In this document: one piece after another, positions 33,095 to 44,950 of the stretch
Layout of the letters: every line of letters starts with the position of its first letter
Position numbering within the stretch: the stretch's first letter is position 1
Origin: an uncultured virus (IMG/VR IMGVR_UViG_2061766007_001638)
Taxonomy: Duplodnaviria; Heunggongvirae; Uroviricota; Caudoviricetes
IMG/VR virus record: IMGVR_UViG_2061766007_001638
Length of the DNA: 61,347 nt
Reading direction: 5' to 3' (one strand)
Notes under the pieces: generated by a model
What the model was told of the DNA's origin: nothing
Seen by the model: the letters and a program-made list of their open reading frames with translations, nothing else
The model's database searches: none
Position numbers and translations under genes: made by a program

Positions 33095-34946
33095 ATGGAA
33101 AGTTTCAAGAAGTTCCTCAAGGAGAATATCGACGACATCGAAAAATCCATATCCGATTTTGACCCGAACGAAACGTTCATTCATGTCAACGACGAAGGAG
33201 AGGTTGTTGTCGAGAACTTGAACCCAGACTCGGAACTTTCGGCAACGCAGAACTCCGACGACGTGGACGAGGACGNNNNNNNNNNNNNNNNNNNNNNNNN
33301 NNNNNNNNNNNNNNNNNNNNGAAAGCTGGAAACGAAAAGACCTGGGGTGGAGAAATGATAATTGACCTGAACTTCGGAAACGAAACTAATAACACCGAAG
33401 GACAGGTTAAGGAGGAACTACAGGAAAAGGAAACCCTGAAGGAATGGAAGTTTGACAAAAACGGAAACGCTGGAGAAGAGGACAACTCGGCTTAGGAACT
33501 TCTGAAAACCCTTCACCAGAGAAACAAGGACAATCTGAATACCGACACGCTGAAATATCTCTTCGAACTCGGNNNNNNNNNNNNNNNNNNNNNCAAAAAT
33601 ACGTTATAGTCAACAAGGATGGTGGAGGATACGAGCTTCAGGTGAAGGACTTCAAGGAAAAGTATAGACATCCTCTGAGCGACAAGGAGATAGACGAGCT
33701 TGTTGCGGAAAAAAGGGGGGAGAACGAGACACCCCCAAAACAGCCAGCCAAGTTCGAATTCGACCAGGAAGGAAATCTCCTAAAGAACGGAAAGCCTATT
33801 CAGAGAAGATACAAGAAGAAATTCATCCAACAGCTACACAAAGCGGCGGAAAAGATTTATGGAAAAGGCAAGGTCCACTACAAATGGCAGGCTTCTGAAG
33901 ACGGAAGCGACTGGACGGACAAGCTTGAAGTGAACACAAGCGAGTGGGACGACAGCGACGAGACGAACGCAAAGCGTTTCGACACGGCTGAATACAAACT
34001 TGTCGGACCAGAAGACCAGGAACGGGCATTGAACATCATTCAGACAACGGTAAAGAAAGCCAGGGAAAAGAGGAAAATCGACATTGGCTTCGACAAGGAC
34101 ACGAGACAGTTCACCCTGAACGGTAAACCGATGGACAAGGACCAACTCAGGGCTTTTGTCGTAGGACTCAACGGAGGAGTCGGAAACGTAAAGAAAGACA
34201 AGAATGGAAATGTCAAGGACCCAGACGAATATTGGAAGCATTTCAAAATTTCCATAAAGGGCTCGAAGGTCGGAGACATAGCGAACTTCTCGCTTCCTCC
34301 CGTACAGACGTGCAACAAGGCGGCTCCGTGCATTTCCGACGGATGCTATGCCGTGAAGGCGTACGGCCTTTATCCCGCGTCTAGGGTGGCTCAGGACATA
34401 AACCTGGCCCTTCTGAATGAAAAAAAATTCGACTAGTTTGTAAAGGAAGTGTCTATAGCGGTAAGAAGCACGTTCAAGAAAACGGTGGGAGCCATGAAGG
34501 AGGGTGAGAAAATCCAGTATTTCAGGTTCCACGTCTCTGGAGACGTGTTCTCGAGCGAATATTTGAACGCAATATGCGACATTGCCGACGCAAACAAGAA
34601 TGTGGGATTCTGGACATACACCAAACAGTATGACATTCTTCTTAAGAACATGGATAGGGTTCTAAAGACAAAGAACCTTTCGGTTCTAGTTTCGTGCTGG
34701 GGAGAATTCAGGCCGAAAGTCTTTGGAGATAAGTATAAAGTACTCGAAGAGAATTTTCCATTGGCGTATCTCGACGACGGTTCGGAGGAAATGAAAAACT
34801 ACATAGACACGAAAGACGGACAGGGGGAACCTTTTGTCTGTCCATGCACGGATTACAGTGAGGCTGAGGTCCACTGCAACAAATGCTTGAAATGCTACAA
34901 AGTTAGCGAGATAATGAACACAAACCTTATATTCAAGAAGCACTGA
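33095..34946 (+). CDS. GP88-like protein with long N-terminal extension (TAG read-through at 33493 and 34434)
   Basis: FSLPPVQTC...C...CYA before the TAG and FRFHVSGD, FWTYTK, CPC..C..C..C after it; GTAAATA 33060. Confidence 0.75.
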
Positions 34947-34947
34947 C

Positions 34948-35543
34948 ATGAAATTCATACCTTTCAATGCAAACTATTTCAATCAGCTTTCTACAAAAGA
35001 CTACGGAGACTGCGTGGTCAGGGCTCTTTGCGTAACTCTCCAGATGGGATACAAGAAAGTCTGTGAAATGCTTGGAGTCGATTTCAAGATTGGAACTGGA
35101 TACGGATATTCCCAGGCAGNNNNNNNNNNNNNNNNNNTTGAATCCAAGATGGGAGATTATGTCGAAAGAATTTACAGAAACGAAGAATTCTACGACTGGA
35201 ACCAGGATTTTTCTGCTCCGATGGAAGACGAACTCCTGGGAGGATGGGTCGAAAGCGGGATGCAGTTCGAGATAGACCGTGCGAAAGAAAAGGGAAAAAG
35301 ANNNNNNNNNNNNNNNNNNNNNNNNNNNNNNNNNNNNNNNNNNNNNNNNNNNNNNNNNNNNNNNNNNNNNNNNNNNNNNNNNNNNNNNNNNCCGTCGTTG
35401 ATGGAAGCAGAATAAAGGGAATAGTGAACCAGATTCCGACGGACCTTTTCGCGATAAAGAAATTCTGCAAGCCAGACAATCCTGACTTCTACTATACGGA
35501 AAAAGCCAAGATAATGGCACAGCACAAAAATAAAATCTTTTAA
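34948..35543 (+). CDS. Hypothetical protein with GDCVVRAL motif (joined across N gaps)
   Basis: DCxxRA motif; C-terminal part has VVDG. Confidence 0.5.
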
Positions 35544-35638
35544 AAACTTCCTCAAGCTGAAAAAGGTAAGTATAATATAATTTATTGAGCACAACAGGGT
35601 GTTGGGTTCATTAAGGACAAACAAGAAAGAACAAAAAA

Positions 35639-36447
35639 ATGAAGAAAATAATTATTAGTATGATGATAGCACTTGGAGCTTTCTCCTCCGTCTTCGGCGC
35701 GTGTGAGTACATCTCCAAGGACACCGCTTGGGTGTACAAGTGGAAGTTCAGCGGAAAGACCACGTATGGCAAGAAAGTCAAGACCGTGAATACGACGGCT
35801 GGTTCGTGCGGTTACACGAAGAGCGGAGAGACANNNNNNNNNNNNNNNNNNNNNNNNNNNNNAATCGAGGGATACACGTGGGTGTGCTCCCCTGGCTGCG
35901 GAGACACGTTCGGACAGTTTGCGGAAGTGAACGAGGTTTTCTGGAGCACAAAGCCTGGAAAGTTCTCTCTTGCTGGAGGTGTCCAGAACGAGATAATGCA
36001 CATCATCGGAAAGAATGCGAAGAATTCCGAAGTTGGCGGAACGGTTGAGTTTGTCGGAGACGACATGACTTACAGATTCACCTATGCTGGATTGGGAAAA
36101 TACGACAAGAAAAATGGCCGCATGACGTCTGCGTCTGGNNNNNNNNNNNNNNNNNNNNNNNNNNTCCTTGTCCATGTGCAGCTACTGGATACTGGGACTG
36201 CTCCACACTTTCCCTTGACTGCACCGACACGGAGCCTACTGTCGTGTATGGAAAGTGGAGCGTGAAGCTCAAGAAGAATTATTCCAACAAGTATGCGAAG
36301 AAAGGCACTCTTCCTAAATTCCCTTCGTGGGTTAGGATGAAGAACCAGGAAGCCGAGGAATCGTCGGGTGAAGACGGAGACGGCGGTGGNNNNNNNNNNN
36401 NNNNNNNNNNNNNNNNNNNNNNNNNNNNNNNNNNNNNNNNCACCTAA
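35639..36447 (+). CDS. Secreted Cys-containing protein (end approximate)
   Basis: Signal peptide MKKIIISMMIALGAFSSVFGA; VYGKWSVK near the C-terminus. Confidence 0.7.
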
Positions 36448-36449
36448 CA

Positions 36450-36485
36450 TGAAGCCTTCCATTTCTGGAAGGCTTCAACTTTTTT
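36450..36485 (+). terminator. Rho-independent terminator
   Basis: TGAAGCCTTCCA / TGGAAGGCTTCA stem then T run. Confidence 0.8.
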
Positions 36486-36496
36486 ACTGGTTTAAC

Positions 36497-36525
36497 TTGA
36501 CACGGTCCTGGAATATTGGTATAAT
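36497..36525 (+). promoter_or_regulatory. sigma70-like early promoter
   Basis: TTGACA-17-TATAAT. Confidence 0.85.
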
Positions 36526-36559
36526 AATAGCATCTTAAAAATCAAAAGGAAACTCCAAC

Positions 36560-37743
36560 ATGGCTGAAAAAGGCGTAAAGATTGACCTCCACAACAGGGT
36601 TCATCCAAAAACCCTCGCGGAAATCATCAAGATGAACTACAGGGCGTTCCATGACGCGAATACCCTTAACGAAGAGGCAAACAAGTCGAAAATCAAGTCG
36701 ATGCCCATTATGATTTGGGGTTCGCCTGGTTGCGGAAAGAGCTCAATCGTGAGACAGGTAGCGGAAGACCTGGGAATAGACTTCATCGACGCGAGACTTC
36801 CGCAGATGGAACCTTGTGACATCAAGGGTCTTCCCGTACCAGACAAGGAAAACAAGGTCATGGACTGGTTCATCAACGGAATGTGGCCTCGTGGAAAGGA
36901 CACGAAGGGAATCCTGTTCCTAGACGAATTGAGCGCATGCGACAAGTCGATTGCTGTCGCTGCATATGAACTAGTCCTCGACAGACGGCTTGGAAAGCTC
37001 TATTCCGTCCCAGACGGATGGATGATTGTGGCCGCTGGAAACACCACTACTGACAGGGCGGTCGCAAACACGATGAGCTCGGCTCTCGCAAACAGATTCA
37101 TGCATCTTGAACTTGAAACAGACGCAGAAACGTTCTTCCAGTACGCCGTGTCGCACAATTTCCATCCTGCCGTGACTGGCTACCTGAANNNNNNNNNNNN
37201 NNNNCGATGGAGAAGCAGAACCTGGAAAGAGGCTGGCCTTCTCCGCGTTCTTGGGAGAACGTCTCAAAGATGTGCCATGTCTGCAAGAACGAGGACGTTC
37301 TTCGCAAGGTCGTTTACGGACTCGTCGGGAACGCAGTTGGCGTCGAGTTCATGGAGTACTTCAAGCTAAGCGGAAAGTTCGACGACGTTCTCAAGTACAT
37401 GCTTGACGATAAGCTCGACATAGAGAAGTCTTACGGGTCCCTGAAAAGCCTCGAAATGTCCCAGAAGTACGCAATCACAACTGCCCTTGTCTACCACCTG
37501 TGGAGGGCGGAAAACGAAAAGGACCAGACGAGGCGAGTCAACGGGTTCTTCAGGATTCTTGGGAAGATGAGCTCCGAATTCGCGTCCATGGGGTGCCTCG
37601 GTGCGATGGCTGGAACCGACAAGGTCGCGAAGGACGTGGCGTGCGACATCCTCTCGGAATCTGACGGATACCAGAGTTTCAAGGAAATCCACAGGGACAA
37701 CATTCATAAGCGCGTCAGCGTGGAAGTCGACCTTGACGAGTGA
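36560..37743 (+). CDS. MoxR-like AAA+ ATPase
   Basis: MIWGSPGCGKSS, DIKGLP, ILFLDEL, IVAAGN, ALANRF, WPSPRSWE (frame shifts at N gap). Confidence 0.88.
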
Positions 37744-37750
37744 CTGGGAC

Positions 37751-38281
37751 ATGAAGCAGAGAGTTCTGAATCTCTACGGACCACCGTGTGCGGCGAAAAG
37801 CACAATCGCCGCATACGTGTTCTCCAATCTTAAGATGCATGGGGTGAACTGCGAGCTCATAAACGAATTCGCCAAGGATATGTCGTGGGAAAAGAACGAA
37901 ACTGTCATGTCCGACCAACTCTTCATGTTCGCAAACCAGTGGCACAAGATGTACAGATGCTACGGAAAGACGGACCTCCTGATAACGGACTCGCCGCTTC
38001 TCCTGTCTCCAATGTACAATTCCGACGTGGAAATAGACAGGCAATTCAGGGATATCGTATACGCAATGGACTCCAAATTCTCGAATACGAACTATCTCAT
38101 AAGGAGGGTAGTGAAATACGAAAACTCTGGAAGGGTCCACGACGAATCTCAGTCCAACGAGATATGGGGGAAACTAAAGAACATGCTTGATTCTTCTAAA
38201 ATAAAGTACGTAGAGCTTCCTGGAAACAGGGAATCGGCGGACTTCATTCTGTCCGAAACCCTTAAATCCTTCGGGCATTAA
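37751..38281 (+). CDS. P-loop nucleotide kinase-like protein (AAA_28/NadR-like)
   Basis: NLYGPPCAAKST, EFAKD..W, ITDSPLLL, GR.HDE. Confidence 0.75.
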   Translation: MKQRVLNLYGPPCAAKSTIAAYVFSNLKMHGVNCELINEFAKDMSWEKNETVMSDQLFMFANQWHKMYRCYGKTDLLITDSPLLLSPMYNSDVEIDRQFRDIVYAMDSKFSNTNYLIRRVVKYENSGRVHDESQSNEIWGKLKNMLDSSKIKYVELPGNRESADFILSETLKSFGH

Positions 38282-38283
38282 AC

Positions 38284-38312
38284 TTGACACGAAATCTCAA
38301 CTATGGTATAAT
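38284..38312 (+). promoter_or_regulatory. sigma70-like early promoter
   Basis: TTGACA-17-TATAAT; ATG 6 nt later. Confidence 0.85.
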
Positions 38313-38318
38313 AGCATC

Positions 38319-39591
38319 ATGGCAAACAAAAACAAGAAGTACGCGTCCGACATGAAGGGCTACATCGACAGGCTCTACAGCGGAAAACTCGATACGAAGC
38401 TCAAGGACGGAGACCTCGAGACTCTCAAAAAGAAGATGCTCGCCTCTATAGANNNNNNNNNNNNNNNAAGCGGGCTTATACTTAGAATGCCCGTAATCCC
38501 AGTTAGGGACTGTCGCGTGAGCACGGCACTGACGGACGGAACAAATATCTACTTCGACATAGACTTCTACACGAGGCTCAACAAGAACGAGAGGCAGTTC
38601 GTCCTGGCACATGAGGTTTGGCACAACGCGCTACTGCATTTCCTTCGCAGGGAGAACAGGGAGCAGGACCTCTGGAACATAGCCACCGACTGCGAGATTA
38701 ACTACGCCCTCCACGAAGACGGGTTTTCCATGCCAGACGGACTGTGCTATCCTTCCCGCGCGGACGAGGGAAAAAGCGCCGAGGAAATATACGACAGGCT
38801 TCTCAGAAGGCAGAAAAAGCAGAAAAAGGGTCAAGATGGCAATCCTTCGTCTTCAAGCGAAAACTATGAAAACGGAAACACTGGAAAGGGATATTCCACG
38901 ACTTCTGGAAACCGCTCTTGCTCTGGATGCTCGGATGGAAATGAATTCGACGAGCAGTTCGACCAGCACATGGACAAGAACACCCAATCCGAAAAATACG
39001 GGAATGGGGGGAATGGTCCAGAAGACCAGGATAAATTCAGGTCTCCTAGCGACAAATGGGGAGAAAAAGGTTTCGACAAGGACTTCAAGCCGTGCATTAC
39101 GGACAACGTAGCTGACAAGATTCGTGAAATGGTAATCGCAGAGGCACAGAGGTTTGAACGCCTTAAGGGAAAGGTTCCAGGCGGAATCCAGAGAATCATC
39201 AATACCATTTGCAAGCCAGAAATCAGGTGGGAGGAGCATCTCGCACAGTTCGTGACAACGTGTCTGGGAGACAGGCGTCAGTGGCTTCCTCCGCTTCGCA
39301 GAGGCGTATACAACNNNNNNNNNNNNNNNNNNNNNNNNNNNNNNAAAAAATCAACGTGACGTGCATAGTCGACACGTCTGGGTCTACATCAGCTGACCTT
39401 CCAAAGTTCCTCACTGAACTCTCTTCTCTTCTCGAGACATTTGGAAGATACGAACTTAACTTAATCCACTGCGACTGCGAAGTACATAAAGTGGAAACTT
39501 ACGATGATTCAAACCCGTTTCCGTTCGAAAACCTCAAGGATTTCGTTTTCGAGGGAGGGGGAGGCTCGAGCCTAATTCCAGCGTTTGATGA
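38319..39591 (+). CDS. DUF2201-like metallopeptidase + VWA domain protein (3' end masked)
   Basis: TA.TDG, LAHEVWH, WNIATD.EIN, VDTSGS, GGGGS; typical MoxR partner. Confidence 0.85.
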
Positions 39592-39891
39592 NNNNNNNNN
39601 NNNNNNNNNNNNNNNNNNNNNNNNNNNNNNNNNNNNNNNNNNNNNNNNNNNNNNNNNNNNNNNNNNNNNNNNNNNNNNNNNNNNNNNNNNNNNNNNNNNN
39701 NNNNNNNNNNNNNNNNNNNNNNNNNNNNNNNNNNNNNNNNNNNNNNNNNNNNNNNNNNNNNNNNNNNNNNNNNNNNNNNNNNNNNNNNNNNNNNNNNNNN
39801 NNNNNNNNNNNNNNNNNNNNNNNNNNNNNNNNNNNNNNNNNNNNNNNNNNNNNNNNNNNNNNNNNNNNNNNNNNNNNNNNNNNNNNNNNNN

Positions 39892-41296
39892 AGACGAAAT
39901 CTTGGACATAATGAAATACAGCGACTGTTCCCCAAGGATTTTCTCTCTGGATTTCATCATGAAGATGACCCCGCAGCAAAACGAGATGTTCGCAAATATT
40001 CTGAAAACCAAAAGGGCTTGGTTGAACGACGGCGAAATATACGACNNNNNNNNNNNNNNNNNNNNNNNNNNNNNNCTGAAATGGACGAGACGAGAAAGAA
40101 CATATACAGGAAACTTGCGGATGCACTTACGTTCACCATAAAATACGGACCGTATTCTGGAAAACGCGGTAGCGAATGCCTTAAGTTGGAAAGGCGTTTT
40201 TTCGAGGCGAAAGACCCAGCCGACTATGCGGTAATTCTTGATGAAATGTCCCCAAACGACATCGTTAGGCTGCTTAATCTTAACGACAAGACGACTATTC
40301 TTCCCCGACTGTACCAGGAAGACGTTTTCATAAGACTCAAAAACACCACCCAATTCATCATGCTGAACAACTTTCCTGATTACGCTACGATACAGGTCCT
40401 AAAGGGTCTCAAGCAAATAGTAACTGGGTGCTCCGACGTGGAAGTTAAGAAGATGGCTTGTGACGTACTATACCATTATAACGACAAGTATGGCGATAAC
40501 CTTGCATCGTTCATTGGAAAATCCATTGACGAGGGGATTCTCGCATCAAAGACGTTCAACCAAATGGCCATGAAGATAGAGATTTGCGGAAAGGACTGTC
40601 TGTGTGACTGGATTNNNNNNNNNNNNNNTTCGGATTAAATTTCATGAAAAAGGGTGCAAATGGGCACAAAAGGCTATTCGAGGAAAATTTTGACATCTTG
40701 GACATTCTGTACGAGAAATGATGAACATGACAGACCCAAGTCTCATGCNNNNNNNNNNNNNNNNNNCCCAATCCTACAGGAAGTGTATGACGGGAACATA
40801 ACTAATTATTCAATGTTCAGGATGAGGATGGACGTGTCTGGATTTGTTCCAGATTCCGAATTCATTGAAGACCTCATATTCATCGCTTTCAAAAATAAAA
40901 CTGCCGAGAGCATACTCATCAAATGCATAAAAAATGGATTGTTCGNNNNNNNNNNNNNNNNNNNNNNNNNNNNNNNNNNNNNNATTTTCGAGTGTTCTTC
41001 GTTCATATCATCCAAACAGCAGATATGGGAAGACGGCCATAAACATAATTCAGGCGATTTCAGAGAAACGACCAGGAATTTTGATAGGCCATTACCTGAA
41101 AAACNNNNNNNNNNNNNNNNNNNNNNNNNNNNNNNNNNNNNNNNNNNNNNNNNNNNNNNNNNNTTTCTTCGAAGACGCGGTCAAGGGTGTTTCTGACAAA
41201 ATATCCGCTGTAAACGAGGAATACAGGGTCAACATTCATCCTAAAGTCATGGAAATTATCGAAGAGAACAGGACAATAGAACTCGCTTTAAAATAA
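39892..41296 (+). CDS. Large hypothetical protein(s) fragmented by N gaps
   Basis: Successive open frames on + strand ending ...IELALK TAA. Confidence 0.45.
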
Positions 41297-41334
41297 ATAC
41301 TTGACTTTACATTGACACGTTGTATAATATTGCC

Positions 41335-42355
41335 ATGAANNNNNNNNNNNNNNNNNNNNNNNNNTAAATTCGGGGTAAGTCTAACGGAAAGCGGGGAAAA
41401 CGACGTTTTCACTCTCATAGCTGGGGATATCTGCGGAACCGTCGACAATACAATCGAATGGATTGGAAATAATGTTAAAAGAGGTGCTTTCTGCGCTGGA
41501 AATCACATCGTTTACGACCCAAAGGCACTTAAGTCAAATGAAAAAGTCCCTATAGAGGACATAAAAAACCGTCTCCACGAAAAATTTCCAATTAACGGAG
41601 ACGTGACATTCTTCGACTATGATGTAGGGGTAATGAGCAAGGAAATTGGAGAAAACGTCCTTCTCGTTTCGGACGTCATGTATACGGATTATAGGCTTAA
41701 AATTCCAGTCGTGAATCCAAGGGGGCTCATCAAGAAAAACATGATTATGGCCGAGCCAAGGGGGTTCGGATGTGGATATCTCAACGACTTCGTCTATGGT
41801 TTCACAAAGAAGAGAATGTACAAGAAGGAGAAATGGGACAACGGAAAGTCGTCTTATGGAACTCCAAAAGGAATATGGCATCTAAGGGCGAAATACTACA
41901 GGGACCATCACGTAAAGGCGTGGAAAGCCGTAACCGACATCGTCGAGGCGAACAAGGACAAGGATGTCGTCATTATGACGCATCACTGCCTTTCCCCAAA
42001 GTGCATTTCAGACGATTACGTGAACGACAGCCTTAACGCGTCTTACGTGTCGGACAAGGAGAAATGGATAAAAAACCATCCAAACATCAGGTTAATCCTT
42101 TCTGGACACGTACACCACAGGGCAAACTTCAAAGTGGGAAATACCCTCTACGTCCTGAATCCTCTTGGTTATTGCAGGGATACGGCAACCCAGTTCAATC
42201 CAGAGACAAACAAAAACGAATTCTGGACCCCGAACTGCTTCGTGGACACCAAGACGTGGGAGCTTACGTATGAACCGTATGAAAACGAGCATTGGGAGGA
42301 AATGCTCGAAATCCATAGGTCCAACATCCTGAAATACGCTGGATTATTCTTTTAA
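41335..42355 (+). CDS. Calcineurin-like metallophosphoesterase
   Basis: TATAAT 41323 with ATG 6 nt later; LIAGD, AGNH, MTHH, LSGHVH, NPLGY. Confidence 0.85.
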
Positions 42356-42358
42356 AAA

Positions 42359-42922
42359 ATGAACAACAGACAAGACAATAACAACGGGGGCTCCAAGTCG
42401 CGCGAGCCCGTAACCTACACAGACTACAACATATTCAGGGGAAACGTCCGACTCGTAGGAGAGGGACAGTCCCCAATTATAATCGACAGGGACGAAGCCA
42501 TAGAAATGGCGAAATCCAGGGGAATGAACCTCGTCCAAATAGCGTACAACAAGAACGAAAACCCGCGTTCCGTGTGCAGGATAATGGACTATTCCAAGTT
42601 CAAGTACGAACAGAAAAAAAGGGAAAAGGAATCGAAGAGGCGTCAGAGAGAGGCGATGACCGAAGTAAAGGAAATCAAGTTCTCAATACGAATCGACGAC
42701 GGGGACAAAAACACAAAGATACACAAGGTAAGGGAGCTTCTTTCGGAAGGCGACAAGGTCAGGCTTACGATACGGCTTCTCAGGAGGGAGATATCCAAGA
42801 CCGACTTCGCAAAGGTCGTGATGGACCAGATTATTTCAGAACTCTCGGACGTTGCGGAAATAGACCAGCCGTCTTCTTTGTGCGGAAGTAACTTTTCATG
42901 CATTATAAGAAAGAAGGGATAA
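42359..42922 (+). CDS. infC: Translation initiation factor IF-3
   Basis: VRLVG, A..MA...GMNLVQI, VCRIMDYSKFKYEQKK, VKEIKF...ID..D..TK, GDKVRLTI. Confidence 0.93.
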   Translation: MNNRQDNNNGGSKSREPVTYTDYNIFRGNVRLVGEGQSPIIIDRDEAIEMAKSRGMNLVQIAYNKNENPRSVCRIMDYSKFKYEQKKREKESKRRQREAMTEVKEIKFSIRIDDGDKNTKIHKVRELLSEGDKVRLTIRLLRREISKTDFAKVVMDQIISELSDVAEIDQPSSLCGSNFSCIIRKKG

Positions 42923-42925
42923 CAA

Positions 42926-43543
42926 ATGTCAAGAGGAACAACATTTAGATTGCTGAAAAGGTCTTTGACCAAATTCGATGATGAATTCCCAAAGACGATT
43001 ATCGAGAAATACGAAAAGGAGCATGTTTCAGATAAAGAATTCTTCCGCAGGGACGCTGGAGATTTCACCCCGTCGTATCCGAAGTTCATGGAATCTGGGA
43101 TAAACGAGTTCGACCTCATTGACACACAGAAAGCAATTCCCTACAACGTGGCCTTGGAGTTCACGTTCAACAGCACGTTCGGCGAAGTCAGGAAGTTCCT
43201 CGAAGACCAGTATGGCATGGATTCGTACGACCCGTGGAAATCCCAGCTTGTAGTAACTGAACAGATGGCAAGGGACATGCTTGTCGCCGCAAACTACATT
43301 CTCCTCGAGCATTTCGACGAGAAGATAGAGAAAGTCATGGACAATCCCCTCATAGACGCAATCGGTTCCATGAGTGACAAATATTCGGAATACAAATACA
43401 GATTGAAGTTTCCAAACGACGAGGAGCCATTCGTCGAAGAAGACAACACATGCATGATTGAATCTCTTAAGACCATTCTTTCGGCATTTCTAACAGCGGA
43501 CAATCCAGATGAATACGTTCTCGTTGCAGAAGTGTGGGGATAA
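42926..43543 (+). CDS. Hypothetical protein
   Basis: ORF in operon. Confidence 0.7.
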   Translation: MSRGTTFRLLKRSLTKFDDEFPKTIIEKYEKEHVSDKEFFRRDAGDFTPSYPKFMESGINEFDLIDTQKAIPYNVALEFTFNSTFGEVRKFLEDQYGMDSYDPWKSQLVVTEQMARDMLVAANYILLEHFDEKIEKVMDNPLIDAIGSMSDKYSEYKYRLKFPNDEEPFVEEDNTCMIESLKTILSAFLTADNPDEYVLVAEVWG

Positions 43544-44063
43544 GCTCCCCAAGGAAATCCTAAAGTCGATAAAGTCTGGAAATATCCTGTTCCTGGACTT
43601 TGACGGCGTATGCAATTCGTTCAAGGAGGGAAGCTATCTCACCCACGAGCCAGACGAATATGGTCCAGATATGGACATAATCGAGCGAATAAAGGAAATA
43701 TGCTCGTTGAGACACGCAAAGATAATCATAAGCAGCAACTGGAGAAGATTCGACCCAGACGGATATTGGGTGTACAACGGAAAGAACTATTTCAATCCTC
43801 TTCCGAATCTTTGCAAAATTCTCGGTGACAGGATTATAGGAACTCTTACGACGGAAAGATGCATTACAAAATCCGAGGCCATAGAGCTGTGGTTCGAAGA
43901 CCATGAAGACTTCCACGGAAAATACGCCATCGTGGACGACGACCCGAGAGAGGGATTCCAGTATAATTTCAAGTTGATGAAGAATTTCTGGCATACGACG
44001 CCGAAGTACGGACTTACGGAGAGAATCAAAGAGGAAATCATAGACCATTTGGAGGAAGATTAA
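43509..44063 (+). CDS. HAD_SAK_2-like protein (second copy)
   Basis: LFLDFDGVCN, IIISSNWR, YAIVDDD, GLTE. Confidence 0.8.
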   Translation: MNTFSLQKCGDKLPKEILKSIKSGNILFLDFDGVCNSFKEGSYLTHEPDEYGPDMDIIERIKEICSLRHAKIIISSNWRRFDPDGYWVYNGKNYFNPLPNLCKILGDRIIGTLTTERCITKSEAIELWFEDHEDFHGKYAIVDDDPREGFQYNFKLMKNFWHTTPKYGLTERIKEEIIDHLEED

Positions 44064-44543
44064 ATGTTCAGGTGGATTGCATACATTTTCAGGAGCATCT
44101 TTGNNNNNNNNNNNNNNNNNNNNNNNNNNNNNNNNAAAGCTTCAAACATAGTCCCGATGGAATATCATCCTAAAATTGGATTTGGTCATCCAGACGTAAT
44201 ACCGATTTATTGTTTCATATACGATTCTCACAAGAGAAAGTATTATGGAATTCGTCATTTCCAAGGTTTCGAATACATAGGATGGAAGAAGATTCCGATA
44301 TCGGAACTCGGCCCGTCGTCCTATTACGAGTATAATATGATGGGAATGAAAATACAGAAGAATGCAGTTGAATACAAGCGCGGAGACCCACAAAGAATAG
44401 TATTCGGATATGCTTACAACTCTCCCCAGGGAAAGATAATGGCTATGACGTGGAACGAAAAGAAAAAGAAAATAGAACCAGTTGACGCCGAAACTACGAT
44501 AGACGTAAAAGACCCGATGCAACATACATGGTGGAACCGATGA
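44064..44543 (+). CDS. Hypothetical protein
   Basis: ORF in operon. Confidence 0.6.
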   Translation: MFRWIAYIFRSIFXXXXXXXXXXXKASNIVPMEYHPKIGFGHPDVIPIYCFIYDSHKRKYYGIRHFQGFEYIGWKKIPISELGPSSYYEYNMMGMKIQKNAVEYKRGDPQRIVFGYAYNSPQGKIMAMTWNEKKKKIEPVDAETTIDVKDPMQHTWWNR

Positions 44544-44950
44544 AAATGTTTTATTTGATTTTCGACAAAGACCTGACAGAAGTTGAAATCTACAACGTAG
44601 ACGTAAGCGAGGAATTCGAGGTCAAAAAACACGGAGTCGTTCCTAACAAGTCTCCAAGAAAAGGGTATTTCAACTGCCGAATCGGGGATTACACGGAAAC
44701 ATGCGTTAACGTTTCCTCGCTAGGAACGTATTTATACAAAAACTTCATTGCAAGCGATATCGGTACAATCCTAGAGTACGAGGATGATTTCTACGGGATT
44801 TTCAAGACGAAAGAAGACGCGAGGAAAGCTTTTGCCAAGAAAGCAAGGAAAATCGTGTCGTCTCTTGAATCTAAATTAAAGCGCACGAAAAACAATCTTG
44901 CAAAGGCGTTGAAAACGTTCGACGGAATCGAGGACTCTCAGAATGGCTAG
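44540..44950 (+). CDS. Hypothetical protein
   Basis: ATGA overlap; GIFKTKEDARKA motif. Confidence 0.6.
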   Translation: MKMFYLIFDKDLTEVEIYNVDVSEEFEVKKHGVVPNKSPRKGYFNCRIGDYTETCVNVSSLGTYLYKNFIASDIGTILEYEDDFYGIFKTKEDARKAFAKKARKIVSSLESKLKRTKNNLAKALKTFDGIEDSQNG

